Shown here one piece after another: positions 15,070 through 23,660 of a DNA stretch of 32,000 bases. The stretch lies in the NCBI RefSeq assembly GCF_000020225.1, contig NC_010655.1:1860001-1892000 (forward strand), in the 5' to 3' direction. The DNA is from Akkermansia muciniphila ATCC BAA-835. Lineage in GTDB: Bacteria; Verrucomicrobiota; Verrucomicrobiia; Verrucomicrobiales; Akkermansiaceae. Below the pieces are notes generated by a model. It was given only the letters and a program-made list of their open reading frames with translations. It searched no databases and was not told the DNA's origin. Position numbers and translations under genes: made by a program. Each line of letters opens with the position of its first letter. Position 1 is the stretch's first letter.

Positions 15070-18000
15070 TTATTGAATGGGGACGGTTTCCTTCAAGCAG
15101 GTGGAGACGATAGTGCGCGTAATGCGCTCCAGCGGTATTCCGGTGATTCTGGATACGATGCGGGCGTAAGCGTTCAATTGGTTTGCATGGTGCTCGCGCA
15201 GTTGCTCAGGGGTATCGGCATGGTCCGTCTTGAAGTCCACGATGCGGGCGCCGTCTCCATCAAGAATCAGCCTGTCAATGATGCCGGAAATCCAGTTATT
15301 CCCGTCAATGGCTTCAATACGCTGTTCCTTCATGATGCGCGCCGTTTCCGGAGGCGTGAAAAGTTCGCGGATGGATGGGATTTCCATGCACTCCGCTACG
15401 ATGCGTTCCGCCTCCGTGGCAGGGTGGAGAGCCCACGCCGGTTTGTTTTCATCATCCCAGCGGGTAATCCGTTCAAACACGGCGTGGACGGCGGAACCAA
15501 GCGCGGCGGCTTTCCCTGCGCCCGCGTGTTTTTCTCCCTGGAGCGGGGAGGCTTCCTCCGACAGGCCGGAAGGGGATATCCGTTCTCTGGCCAACGGTTT
15601 TTGCGGAGGCCATTCCAGCGCGTTTTTCTCCGCGCGTTTTTGTATGCTTTCCGGGAATTCCTCATACCACCCGTCAAGACCGCGGGAGTACAGGCATGAC
15701 GCTCCGGATTCCGGAAGTATGTCTTCCGTTCCCCGGTTGAGGGGCCGGATAGAGGAACGGACTACTTTCCACATGGAATCTGCCTCCGTTTCTTCCTTGT
15801 CTTCCCGGTACGGGAGGATAACGTAGGTAGCCCGCTTGGCCCGGGTAAGCGCCACATACAGCTTGCAGAATCCGTCGAATTGCTGCCGGGCGCGCCATTC
15901 CCCGTAAAGTTCCCGGAATTGCGGGATATTCATATAGACATGCCGGGAGGGGGCCAGGACAATGCCTTCCACACCGCCCTCCCCGTTTTTTTTGATAAAA
16001 TGGGTCAGATGCCTTCCGTCCGCAAAAGGTGTATCCCTGCCGATCTGGGGCAGGATGACGATGTCAAATCCCAGCCCTTTGGATTTGTGGATGGTCATGA
16101 TTCGGACAATTCCCGCGGCGGGGTCTTCCCGGCGGGTCAGGTCTTCCATGCGCCTGATCCATTCATCCAGGGAAACGCCCTGTTCGTCCACCTGTTCCGC
16201 CTCATTCTGCCAGACGGCCAGGCGGTCGCGGTGGAAGTCCGTCAGTTCCGTCCCTCCCCGGAGCAGGCGCTGTTCCAGTTCCTCCATGACGGCGGCGTAA
16301 CCGTCCCGTTCCAGCAGGAGGCGCCATTCCTTCCACCCCATGCTTTCCGGGCCTCCCTGCGTGATGAGGGGCCGGAGAGGGGAGTGGGTGAGCAGGCCGA
16401 CGACAAAGGGGTCTCCCGGCATCAGCAGCCAGCGGAAGAAGTACAGCAGGTTTTTTCCCAGCGGAGAGTCCACACCTACTGGAACGTCGTCACATACTTC
16501 TGCGGGGATGCCGTGGTCCGTCAGCCAGCCCTTGATGACAAGAGCCTGGTTTTTCGTACTGACCAGTATCGCTGTTTCCAGGCCGCGGCGCAGGGCCCCT
16601 GTACGCTCCAGAATATCGGCCGCCGCCTGGCATACCTGGTCGTTGGCGGAGACGTTTTCCGCCTTGGGCGCCTGCCAGATTTGGGAGGTGCCGGGACGGT
16701 CTTCCAGATGAGGGGCGCACCGGTGCGCCGGATATTCTCCCCACTGTTCCAGGGCGGCGGGTTCGCACCCGGGCGCTGTCCGGGCATAGTCGCAAATATC
16801 GTTGACCAGGTCCAGCACTGGCTGGACAGAACGGTAGGAAGTGGACATGCCGCGTTGTTCCAGTTGAAGCTGTGAAGAAACGGAGCGGAAAAGCTCCGGG
16901 TCTCCGCCGCGCCATTGGTACACGCTCTGCTTGATGTCCCCCACCACGAAAATGCTGCCTTCATTTCCAGTCTTGGATTCCGCCAGATCATCCAGAAAAG
17001 GCTTGATGACGTGCCATTGGGGCTGGGACGTATCCTGGAATTCATCCAGCATCCAATGGTCATAACGGCAGTACATGCGGTATTGCAGGTCCCGTTTGAG
17101 TTCCGGCGTCATGGTGCCCCCTCCCAGCATGCGCGTAACGTCGTGGAACAGGAATCTCCCCCTGTTGCGGACCAGGGAGGAATATTTGTTCTCAAACAGG
17201 AGCATCAGCCCGTGCGTGGCGCGGGTTCGGCGCAGCGTGTGCAGGGTTTCCATGCGAAGCCAGCTTTGGATGAGTTCTTCCAGAGCAGGCGTCCAGAAAT
17301 CCCGGAATTTTTCCCGCGCCTCTTCCACGGTAATAGCCCAGGCGGAACCACCCTCTGTACGGAATCGCACGCGGCCCAGCCTGGCGTATTGGGAAAATCC
17401 GTTCAGGAAGCGCAGGAACAGTTCTTTGTTTTTTACGCCGTTTTTCCCTTCCGACGCAGGAGTTTGCTGAACCTGGAAAATCAGGGAATGAAGGACGGAA
17501 TCAAATTGTTCCAGAGAGACGGGAGGCGCCAGCTCCTCCGGTGTGAAGCCCAGCGTGACGGGGTTTCCCCACATCCCGGCATCCGGCACATCCAGAAAAA
17601 GTTCGTGATAGGTGCCCAGGCGGCGCATCATGGATTTCTCCGCGTCTGCGGCTTCCGCGTCAGAATCCGCCCCGGAAAGGAAAGCGTCTTCAAAATCCTT
17701 CCTTCGCTCTTTGTTTACGGAGCATTCCCGGTACAGGGAGAGCAGGGCTTCACGGCGCGCCAGTTTCTCCGCCGTGGGGTCAATCATACTGAAGCCGCTG
17801 ACTCCCAGCTCAAAGGTGCTGGCGGAGGCAATTTGGGCAAACAGGCTGTCAATGGTGCAGAGGTTGAGTCGCGCCAAATTCTGTACCAGGATGTGCAGTA
17901 AATGGAGGAAGCGTTCCCGATGCAGATTTTCCTCCTTCCATGCCTCCGGAGCGCCGGGCCAGAGACCGGGCTCCCCGTCCGTTCCCTTGATAACCGCCCA

Positions 18001-18234
18001 GAGCCGTTCTTTCAGCCGCGCCGCGCCTGCCTCATCCGTGGCCCCCGCGGCCAGGTCTGTCAGAATGCGGTCCTTGAATTCTCCCGCCGCTTTTCGGGTG
18101 AACGTAATGGCGATGAGGCGTTCGGGGTGGTTGCCGCTGTTCAGCGCCAGCAACCCCAGGAAACGCAGGGAGAGCTGGTAGGTTTTTCCCGTTCCGGCGG
18201 AAGCGGAGATCAGCATGTTGGTCAGGGGCGGCAT
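15070..18234 (-). CDS. addA: AddA-type UvrD-family helicase with a C-terminal PD-(D/E)XK nuclease
   Basis: Walker A ASAGTGKTYQL at the N-terminus. UvrD-like motifs (LLDEFQDTSQPQW, VGDIKQSVYQWRGG, TIHKSKGLGFD, VALTRAK). C-terminal nuclease motif GIIDRLILDGDGARIVDFKTD. Confidence 0.9.
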   Translation of the reverse strand: MPPLTNMLISASAGTGKTYQLSLRFLGLLALNSGNHPERLIAITFTRKAAGEFKDRILTDLAAGATDEAGAARLKERLWAVIKGTDGEPGLWPGAPEAWKEENLHRERFLHLLHILVQNLARLNLCTIDSLFAQIASASTFELGVSGFSMIDPTAEKLARREALLSLYRECSVNKERRKDFEDAFLSGADSDAEAADAEKSMMRRLGTYHELFLDVPDAGMWGNPVTLGFTPEELAPPVSLEQFDSVLHSLIFQVQQTPASEGKNGVKNKELFLRFLNGFSQYARLGRVRFRTEGGSAWAITVEEAREKFRDFWTPALEELIQSWLRMETLHTLRRTRATHGLMLLFENKYSSLVRNRGRFLFHDVTRMLGGGTMTPELKRDLQYRMYCRYDHWMLDEFQDTSQPQWHVIKPFLDDLAESKTGNEGSIFVVGDIKQSVYQWRGGDPELFRSVSSQLQLEQRGMSTSYRSVQPVLDLVNDICDYARTAPGCEPAALEQWGEYPAHRCAPHLEDRPGTSQIWQAPKAENVSANDQVCQAAADILERTGALRRGLETAILVSTKNQALVIKGWLTDHGIPAEVCDDVPVGVDSPLGKNLLYFFRWLLMPGDPFVVGLLTHSPLRPLITQGGPESMGWKEWRLLLERDGYAAVMEELEQRLLRGGTELTDFHRDRLAVWQNEAEQVDEQGVSLDEWIRRMEDLTRREDPAAGIVRIMTIHKSKGLGFDIVILPQIGRDTPFADGRHLTHFIKKNGEGGVEGIVLAPSRHVYMNIPQFRELYGEWRARQQFDGFCKLYVALTRAKRATYVILPYREDKEETEADSMWKVVRSSIRPLNRGTEDILPESGASCLYSRGLDGWYEEFPESIQKRAEKNALEWPPQKPLARERISPSGLSEEASPLQGEKHAGAGKAAALGSAVHAVFERITRWDDENKPAWALHPATEAERIVAECMEIPSIRELFTPPETARIMKEQRIEAIDGNNWISGIIDRLILDGDGARIVDFKTDHADTPEQLREHHANQLNAYARIVSRITGIPLERITRTIVSTCLKETVPIQ

Positions 18235-18235
18235 C

Positions 18236-21109
18236 TTAAAAAGGAAGGTGGGGGGTGAGGCGGAGGCCCAGCAGATCCTGCAGGCTTTCCCTCCGGGAAG
18301 TCATCAGGTCCTTGAATACGTCATAAGAGGGCGGTGTCCAGCCCAGTTCCTCCGCAGTGATGAGACCGCGTCCTTCATGAAGAAGTTTCATCAGCTCCAC
18401 CGTCCAGGAACAGGCGCTGTCCAGCGCGCATTCCTCATACCCGGGCATGGTGTCGTGGAGGGTGTCCCAGGAGGAGATTCCGATGTCCATGGGATTGGCG
18501 GGAAGGGCGTAATAAGCCGCAGAGGGATGGCCCCCGTAGGTTTCCGAGGCCCACAGCACATAAACGGGTAGCTGCAGGTCTTTCCAGCGCGCGTGCGCCA
18601 GTTTCCCGTTTTTCAGGCGTTTGGTGTAGGGATGCAGGGCTGGGGAAAGCAGGGGCAGGGCGTCCGGCCGTCCGAGCGGGTCCAGATGCTTTTTTTCACA
18701 GGAGGAGGCCGCTCCCGTTTTGTAGTCAATGACCCGTATGTGCCCGTCCGCATGGCGGTCAATGCGGTCAATGCGGAATTTCATGGGGAAGCCGCCCAGT
18801 ATCCAGTTTTCTACCTGGTGCTCAAAGGCAATGCAGGACCATCCTTCCTGAAGGGCCTGCAAATGCTGAACGGCGTAAACGGAAAGCCTCTGTTCCATGG
18901 AGCGTTTTTGCAGCAGCAGGGGCATGAGGGGGGAGGGGCCGTATTGTTTCCGGAAGGTTTGTTCCAGTATTTCCGTGATAGCGTTCTGAAAGGAGGCTGC
19001 GTTCATGCCGTCTTTCAGGACGGCGTGTTCCCGGCAGAAACATTCCAGCACGTCGTGCAGCATGGTGCCCAGCTCGTTGACGGCCATGTCCTCTTTGTCC
19101 GGCAGGAATTCTTCCTCATTCATGTGCAGCGCCTCCCGCATCCAGAAGCGCATGGGGCAGGCCAGGAACCTTTTGAGGACGGAGGGGGAGAAGGCCAGCC
19201 CTTTTTCCTTCCACGGGTTTTTGTAGCCGGGCGCCATCGCGCCGATGTCCGCAGCGGTCTTCCAGCCTTCCGCGGGTTGAAGATGCCAGTTTCCGCGCTG
19301 GTAGGGCAGGGGAGCGGGCACATCGCTGATTTCCTGGAAAAGCCGTTCTACGCGGTGCGGCAGCTCCGCCTCCGGGCAGCGCATGAGCAGGGAGGAAGGG
19401 GTCAGAGGATCGTTCCTGCTGCTGGTCCGGGAGAGAAGGATGGTGAGACTGCCTTCCCGTTCGCGGGAATGGAGCAGGGCGGTCAGCAGAAAACTGTCCC
19501 GGGCTTTTTTCCGGTTAAAGGAATCAATGCCCAGGGTTTCCCGCAGTTCCTCCGGCATAAACTGGTCGGAAACGCCTCCTTCCGGTACGGTCCCTTCGTT
19601 TAGTCCCGTGAGAATGAGGTTTCTTTCCGGGCGGAAGTGAACTTCCATCCAGCCCAGGGAATCCAGCGCCGCATGAGCTTTTCTCCTGTTTCTGACACGC
19701 AGCGGCTGGAGGCATTTCATCAGGAGCAGGAGAGCCGTCTCCGGGCTGGAAAACGCGGTGGAGCGCTGTTGCAGACGCATGAGCCCGGAAAGGCAGGAAT
19801 GGAACATTTCCATGGCTTCCGTCTCCGGGCCATAGATGGTTGCCAAAGCCGGGAACCATTCCATCAGCCGTTCCCCCAGCATTCCCGGTTCCGCCATCCG
19901 GTTCCGCCATTCCAGAATGGCCTGGATGGAAGGAAAGGCGCCGGGATAAGCCTCTTTCAGCCTGGAAAGCAGGTATTCTTCCGTTTCCGGAAGGAATTTC
20001 TGCTGGATTTTGTCCAGCGCGGCGCAGCAACCCTGCTGGCCTTTTATTCCCAGGGAGGCGCAGAGCAGGGAGGAGCGCGCCAGGGAATAGACGGGGCGCG
20101 CCGTCCCCTTTTCTTCCAGCGCCCGCCGAAGGTTGCGGAGCAGGTCCATGACGCCGCTTCCGGCAAAAGGCTTCCCTTCCGGATTGTGGAGGCCCCAGCC
20201 GTATTGGCGCAGAGCTGCGTCCAGGGCGACGTTCATGTCAGGATCGCAAACGCCCAGGGCGATGTCCGGCGTTCCTCCTTCCGCTGTGCGGGCGATGATG
20301 CGGCACGTTTCTTCAGCCAGCCGCGCCGGGTTGGCCGCAATTCTGATTTGACCGTCGCGGATTGGGATGGGGCGCCGGGACCACTCTTCCGGCAGAGGGC
20401 ATCCCCAGGAATCAAAGGAGGCGGCTTCTTCTTCCGGCGCATGTATCCATATCTGGACGGGTACGCCATTTCTTTCCGCATGCTGGAGGGCATGGCGCAG
20501 GGGGGGCGGCACCTCCGCTGTGCAGGCCAGAATAATGTTTCCACCTGTTTCCCTCAGGGAATTCAGCAGCCGGGGCGGGGCTTCCGCCTTCATGGCGGTC
20601 CTGTCTTCAAGCTTCCAGCTTTCCAGTTGTTGCGTGCATTGTCCCTCCAGCCTTTCCATGTCCTTCCAGCGTTCGTCTCTGCCCGCACAGGCATGGTGGG
20701 CCATGATGCAGGAGACGCCCTGGTTCGCCATGGCGTGCCTCAGGTTTTGCAGGCTGCCGGCCATTTCCAGCATGCTGGAAAAATCCTCCGGCATGGTGCG
20801 TGGAAACAGGCGGGGATAAAGGCGGTGAGGCGTTTTCCCCAGGGCCAGGAGCCACCCGGCCAGTTCTTCCGGAGCGGACGCCGTTTCTTCCTTTTCTTCC
20901 ATCCGGGGGAACTGGTCTGCCGGAATGACTTGGGGAGCAAAGATGGCCTGTGTACGGGAAATGGAGGCAAGGTATTCCCTCAGCTGCCTTCCGGATTCCC
21001 GTGTGGGAACCAGCACCAGATGCCGGTGGAAGCCATTTCCCAGGGAAAGCAGGCGTTCCGCTACAGCACGGCAGGCCGGTTTGTCCCAGGATAGAAAGAA
21101 TCGGTTCAT
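18236..21109 (-). CDS. addB: AddB-type PD-(D/E)XK nuclease subunit (no canonical N-terminal P-loop seen)
   Basis: 957 aa. The C-terminus has the RecB-family nuclease motif RIDRIDRHADGHIRVIDYKTG. Its stop lies 1 nt from the addA start, suggesting translational coupling. The addB-addA order is classical. Confidence 0.8.
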   Translation of the reverse strand: MNRFFLSWDKPACRAVAERLLSLGNGFHRHLVLVPTRESGRQLREYLASISRTQAIFAPQVIPADQFPRMEEKEETASAPEELAGWLLALGKTPHRLYPRLFPRTMPEDFSSMLEMAGSLQNLRHAMANQGVSCIMAHHACAGRDERWKDMERLEGQCTQQLESWKLEDRTAMKAEAPPRLLNSLRETGGNIILACTAEVPPPLRHALQHAERNGVPVQIWIHAPEEEAASFDSWGCPLPEEWSRRPIPIRDGQIRIAANPARLAEETCRIIARTAEGGTPDIALGVCDPDMNVALDAALRQYGWGLHNPEGKPFAGSGVMDLLRNLRRALEEKGTARPVYSLARSSLLCASLGIKGQQGCCAALDKIQQKFLPETEEYLLSRLKEAYPGAFPSIQAILEWRNRMAEPGMLGERLMEWFPALATIYGPETEAMEMFHSCLSGLMRLQQRSTAFSSPETALLLLMKCLQPLRVRNRRKAHAALDSLGWMEVHFRPERNLILTGLNEGTVPEGGVSDQFMPEELRETLGIDSFNRKKARDSFLLTALLHSREREGSLTILLSRTSSRNDPLTPSSLLMRCPEAELPHRVERLFQEISDVPAPLPYQRGNWHLQPAEGWKTAADIGAMAPGYKNPWKEKGLAFSPSVLKRFLACPMRFWMREALHMNEEEFLPDKEDMAVNELGTMLHDVLECFCREHAVLKDGMNAASFQNAITEILEQTFRKQYGPSPLMPLLLQKRSMEQRLSVYAVQHLQALQEGWSCIAFEHQVENWILGGFPMKFRIDRIDRHADGHIRVIDYKTGAASSCEKKHLDPLGRPDALPLLSPALHPYTKRLKNGKLAHARWKDLQLPVYVLWASETYGGHPSAAYYALPANPMDIGISSWDTLHDTMPGYEECALDSACSWTVELMKLLHEGRGLITAEELGWTPPSYDVFKDLMTSRRESLQDLLGLRLTPHLPF

Positions 21110-21332
21110 GGCAGGGAAGCAGGATTCCCCGGAAAGGGGGAAAGCGGAAAATTACCTGGGAATGCTACATCAGGATGGCGGGATTTCCCATCTATTTTTT
21201 TCATTATTGCCGGGGCGGCGCATGGCATGCCGTGAGGTGAGCCGGCATTGGGCCGCATGTTGACGGCGAAGAGAGGAATTATTTTGCCTTTCCGGCAGGG
21301 CGTGGAGGCGGAAATTCGGAGGAATGGCATGT

Positions 21333-22250
21333 TTATTGTTCCTGGACGGCCCGTTTTCCCCTGGTTCCGGTGACCAGAAGCACACCTGTGAATACCAGCA
21401 GGACGGAGAGGACTTTCATCCATCCGAAGTGGTCCATGCCCCACATCACCGCTACGGATGATGCGATCACCGGCTGGCAGTAATTGTACATGCTGACGGC
21501 GGTGGGTTTCAGCCTCTGCTGGGCGAAAGACAGGCAGATATAGCTGACAAAAGTAGCCAGAGCCACCACATAGGCAATGCCCAGCCATGTTTGTACGGGC
21601 AGAGCGGAATAATGGATGGAACCCACTTCCCGGAAGGTGAAGGGGAGGCAGGCGGCTGCGGCATACGTAAACATCCATTTCAGCAGGGTGACGGGAGAGT
21701 ATCTGCCAATCAGGTTCTTAAAAAAAACAAAGTAAACGGCTACGCTGCACTGGGAAGCCAGGCAGAGAATGTCCCCCAGCAGGTTGTTGTCTCCCGGTAG
21801 GGCCGCCGCATGCGCGCCGCTGCCGGAAACCAGCAGCATGGCTCCGATGGCGCTGGCGCAGACCCCGATGATTTTTTTCCCCGTGACCATTTCCCGGAGG
21901 ACGAACGCCGCCAGAATCATGGTCAATACCGGTGTAATGGTGGTGATGATGGCCGCATCCGCCGGGGAAGTGAACCCTACGCCCACCGTGAAGGCCATCT
22001 GGTTGAAAATGATTCCGAACAGGGAGGCGTAAAACAGAGGCAGCCGATGCTTCCTCTTTATGGGTTCCCTTGGCACGAAAGCGGAGGCCAGCCAGAACAG
22101 GAGGGCCGCTCCCAGCAGGCGGAATGTGGCGAGAGAGGCGGAACTTACTTCTCCCTGCTGCATGACCAGTTTACTGACGGGAGACATGAGGCCCCAGATG
22201 ACGGCCGCCGCTCCCATCGCGATATGTCCTTTCAGCGCTTCTGATGGCAT
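21333..22250 (-). CDS. EamA/DMT-family transporter
   Basis: About 305 aa with a ten-helix hydrophobic pattern and two EamA-like halves (AAVIWGLMSPVSK... and ...YVVALATFVSYICLSFA). I chose the start at MPSEALKG (complement of 22248-22250). Confidence 0.8.
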   Translation of the reverse strand: MPSEALKGHIAMGAAAVIWGLMSPVSKLVMQQGEVSSASLATFRLLGAALLFWLASAFVPREPIKRKHRLPLFYASLFGIIFNQMAFTVGVGFTSPADAAIITTITPVLTMILAAFVLREMVTGKKIIGVCASAIGAMLLVSGSGAHAAALPGDNNLLGDILCLASQCSVAVYFVFFKNLIGRYSPVTLLKWMFTYAAAACLPFTFREVGSIHYSALPVQTWLGIAYVVALATFVSYICLSFAQQRLKPTAVSMYNYCQPVIASSVAVMWGMDHFGWMKVLSVLLVFTGVLLVTGTRGKRAVQEQ

Positions 22251-22369
22251 GGTGCGGCCCGCTGCGCGGCGGGTCGCACATTCTCCGCTTCCGCAAGCGG
22301 ATTGCAAGAGTTTTTAGTGCGGGAAGGAGCTGGAATACAGGGGAAACGTGTCTATCCGGAGCATTTGGA

Positions 22370-23655
22370 AGAACTCGTTATTCTGACTCTCTTTACTCTG
22401 TTTTTGAGTGACTCAAGGCGTTTCTTATTTGTTCTACGAAAAGGTTAATTATGCTTACAATTTTCGATAGTGTCCTCTATCTAAGAATTCTATATACCCT
22501 TTGTCGCGTAAACGCTGTAGTTGTTGACGTATCTTAGGTTGAATGAAAGTATTTACAGGATGTTTTGCTTGAAGTTCTTCAGTAAATAAATACATTTCAT
22601 TAAGTGTAAAGTCTTTGTTGGGGAGTCTTTCAACGCAGGCAAGAACATCCATAAGCCATCCTCGACTATCAAGGTTTTTTGTTAAGAGTGATTTTGTACG
22701 TTTGTATTTTGCAAGAATTTCTTCTTTCTCAATTACAATAGAGTTTTTGATGATTTGTATTTTTCCACTTTCTGGTATTTCACTCAAAAGGATATTGCAG
22801 CCTGTCCATCCCGCTCTTTTTGCATTTGCTGAGAGAGGAGGACGTTTTTCAATAATAGCAGGAATAAAGAAATGGTTAGGAATTAGCCAAAGGTTGTTTA
22901 CCGCTCCATCTGCATAGTTCATAAAAAAGAAGTTTGGATTGTTATATGATTTTATCCGGCTAATCATCGTGTCATAGGCTCCATCATTTATCTTTTTGCT
23001 TAATATTTTATTGGAACTTTTAAGACTTTTTAGTTCAAAGTCCGAATGGCAGCAACAACAATAGAAGTCGGCAACAGGTTTGTTGTTTTGGTAATGATTC
23101 AATACAGAGTGTCCACAAATAGGGCAAAACATATTGCGTTCTACCCAATCTTCGGTTAGTCTTCTTGCTATTTGGCTATGGTTTTTGTAGCCTTCAGTCA
23201 CATTATTATTGAAAAATAAGTCCATAGTTCAGAATTTTGGCTGTAAAGATACGAAATTATCTTCTATAACATAATTTAACTAATGATTTTTTAATAACAA
23301 AAATTAAATTATGATATTTTGTAATTATGTAAAATTATTGTTATTTTTTATCCGAATATGAGGTATCAGATGTAAATAATAAAGAGATTGCAAAGGTTAT
23401 TGATCGTTTCTGCAATTGAGGAAAGCGGAACTGAAGAATTGAGACTTCTTTATTAAAGACAAAGAAAAATATAATTAGTATGGGAAATTTTGCGACAGTT
23501 GATTTTGCTATTCGTAGTTGCAAGATTCAATTTTATGATCATCACTTCTACCGATGATTTCCTTTTTGTTTTTCTTTTCTTATTTGTTCGACAAGAATAT
23601 TAACTATATAATATCTGCCTTTTTTCGGATACGTGTTGATCGTGGCGTTTTTGCC
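22370..23655. other. Low-GC islet, probably horizontally acquired (approximate boundaries)
   Basis: There is an abrupt composition change. Flanking genes are well over half G+C. The DpnI-like gene is about one-third G+C by eye, and 23281-23340 has only 6 G/C in 60 nt. The islet fills exactly the gap between the A2M stop (23661) and the upstream region of the EamA gene. Confidence 0.6.
22455..23225 (-). CDS. DpnI / DRP (Dam-replacing protein) family Type IIM methyl-directed restriction endonuclease
   Basis: The 256-aa product is colinear with S. pneumoniae DpnI as I recall it. Shared blocks are LTEDWV, CPxCG, NNxPVADFYC, FELKS (PD...ExK catalytic core), INDGAY, NNPNFFF, RAGWxGCNI, SRGW, FTLxxMY, IRQQLQxLRDK and GxYRKL at the C-terminus (winged-helix domain). 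Confidence 0.85.
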   Translation of the reverse strand: MDLFFNNNVTEGYKNHSQIARRLTEDWVERNMFCPICGHSVLNHYQNNKPVADFYCCCCHSDFELKSLKSSNKILSKKINDGAYDTMISRIKSYNNPNFFFMNYADGAVNNLWLIPNHFFIPAIIEKRPPLSANAKRAGWTGCNILLSEIPESGKIQIIKNSIVIEKEEILAKYKRTKSLLTKNLDSRGWLMDVLACVERLPNKDFTLNEMYLFTEELQAKHPVNTFIQPKIRQQLQRLRDKGYIEFLDRGHYRKL

Positions 23656-23660
23656 CAGTG

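Noticed and set aside
15880-17901. Two plus-strand ORFs (331 and 328 aa) opposite addA
   Set aside because: They are antisense to a gene with unambiguous UvrD helicase motifs. Their composition is skewed (Gly/Arg/Pro/Phe) and no domain is recognisable.
18593-21094. Plus-strand ORFs of 336 and 485 aa opposite addB
   Set aside because: Same reasoning: these are long stop-free antisense frames of a GC-rich gene, with no motifs.
21720-21727. A8 (T8 on the coding strand) run inside the EamA transporter gene as a phase-variation site
   Set aside because: A/T runs of this length are common in coding DNA. It encodes the hydrophobic VFFK within a helix, and there is no supporting evidence of variability.
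23341-23523. 60-aa minus-strand ORF in the AT-rich spacer of the islet
   Set aside because: It has a TTG start and no RBS, and the sequence is dominated by Phe/Ile/Lys codons as expected from AT-rich DNA read in any frame.
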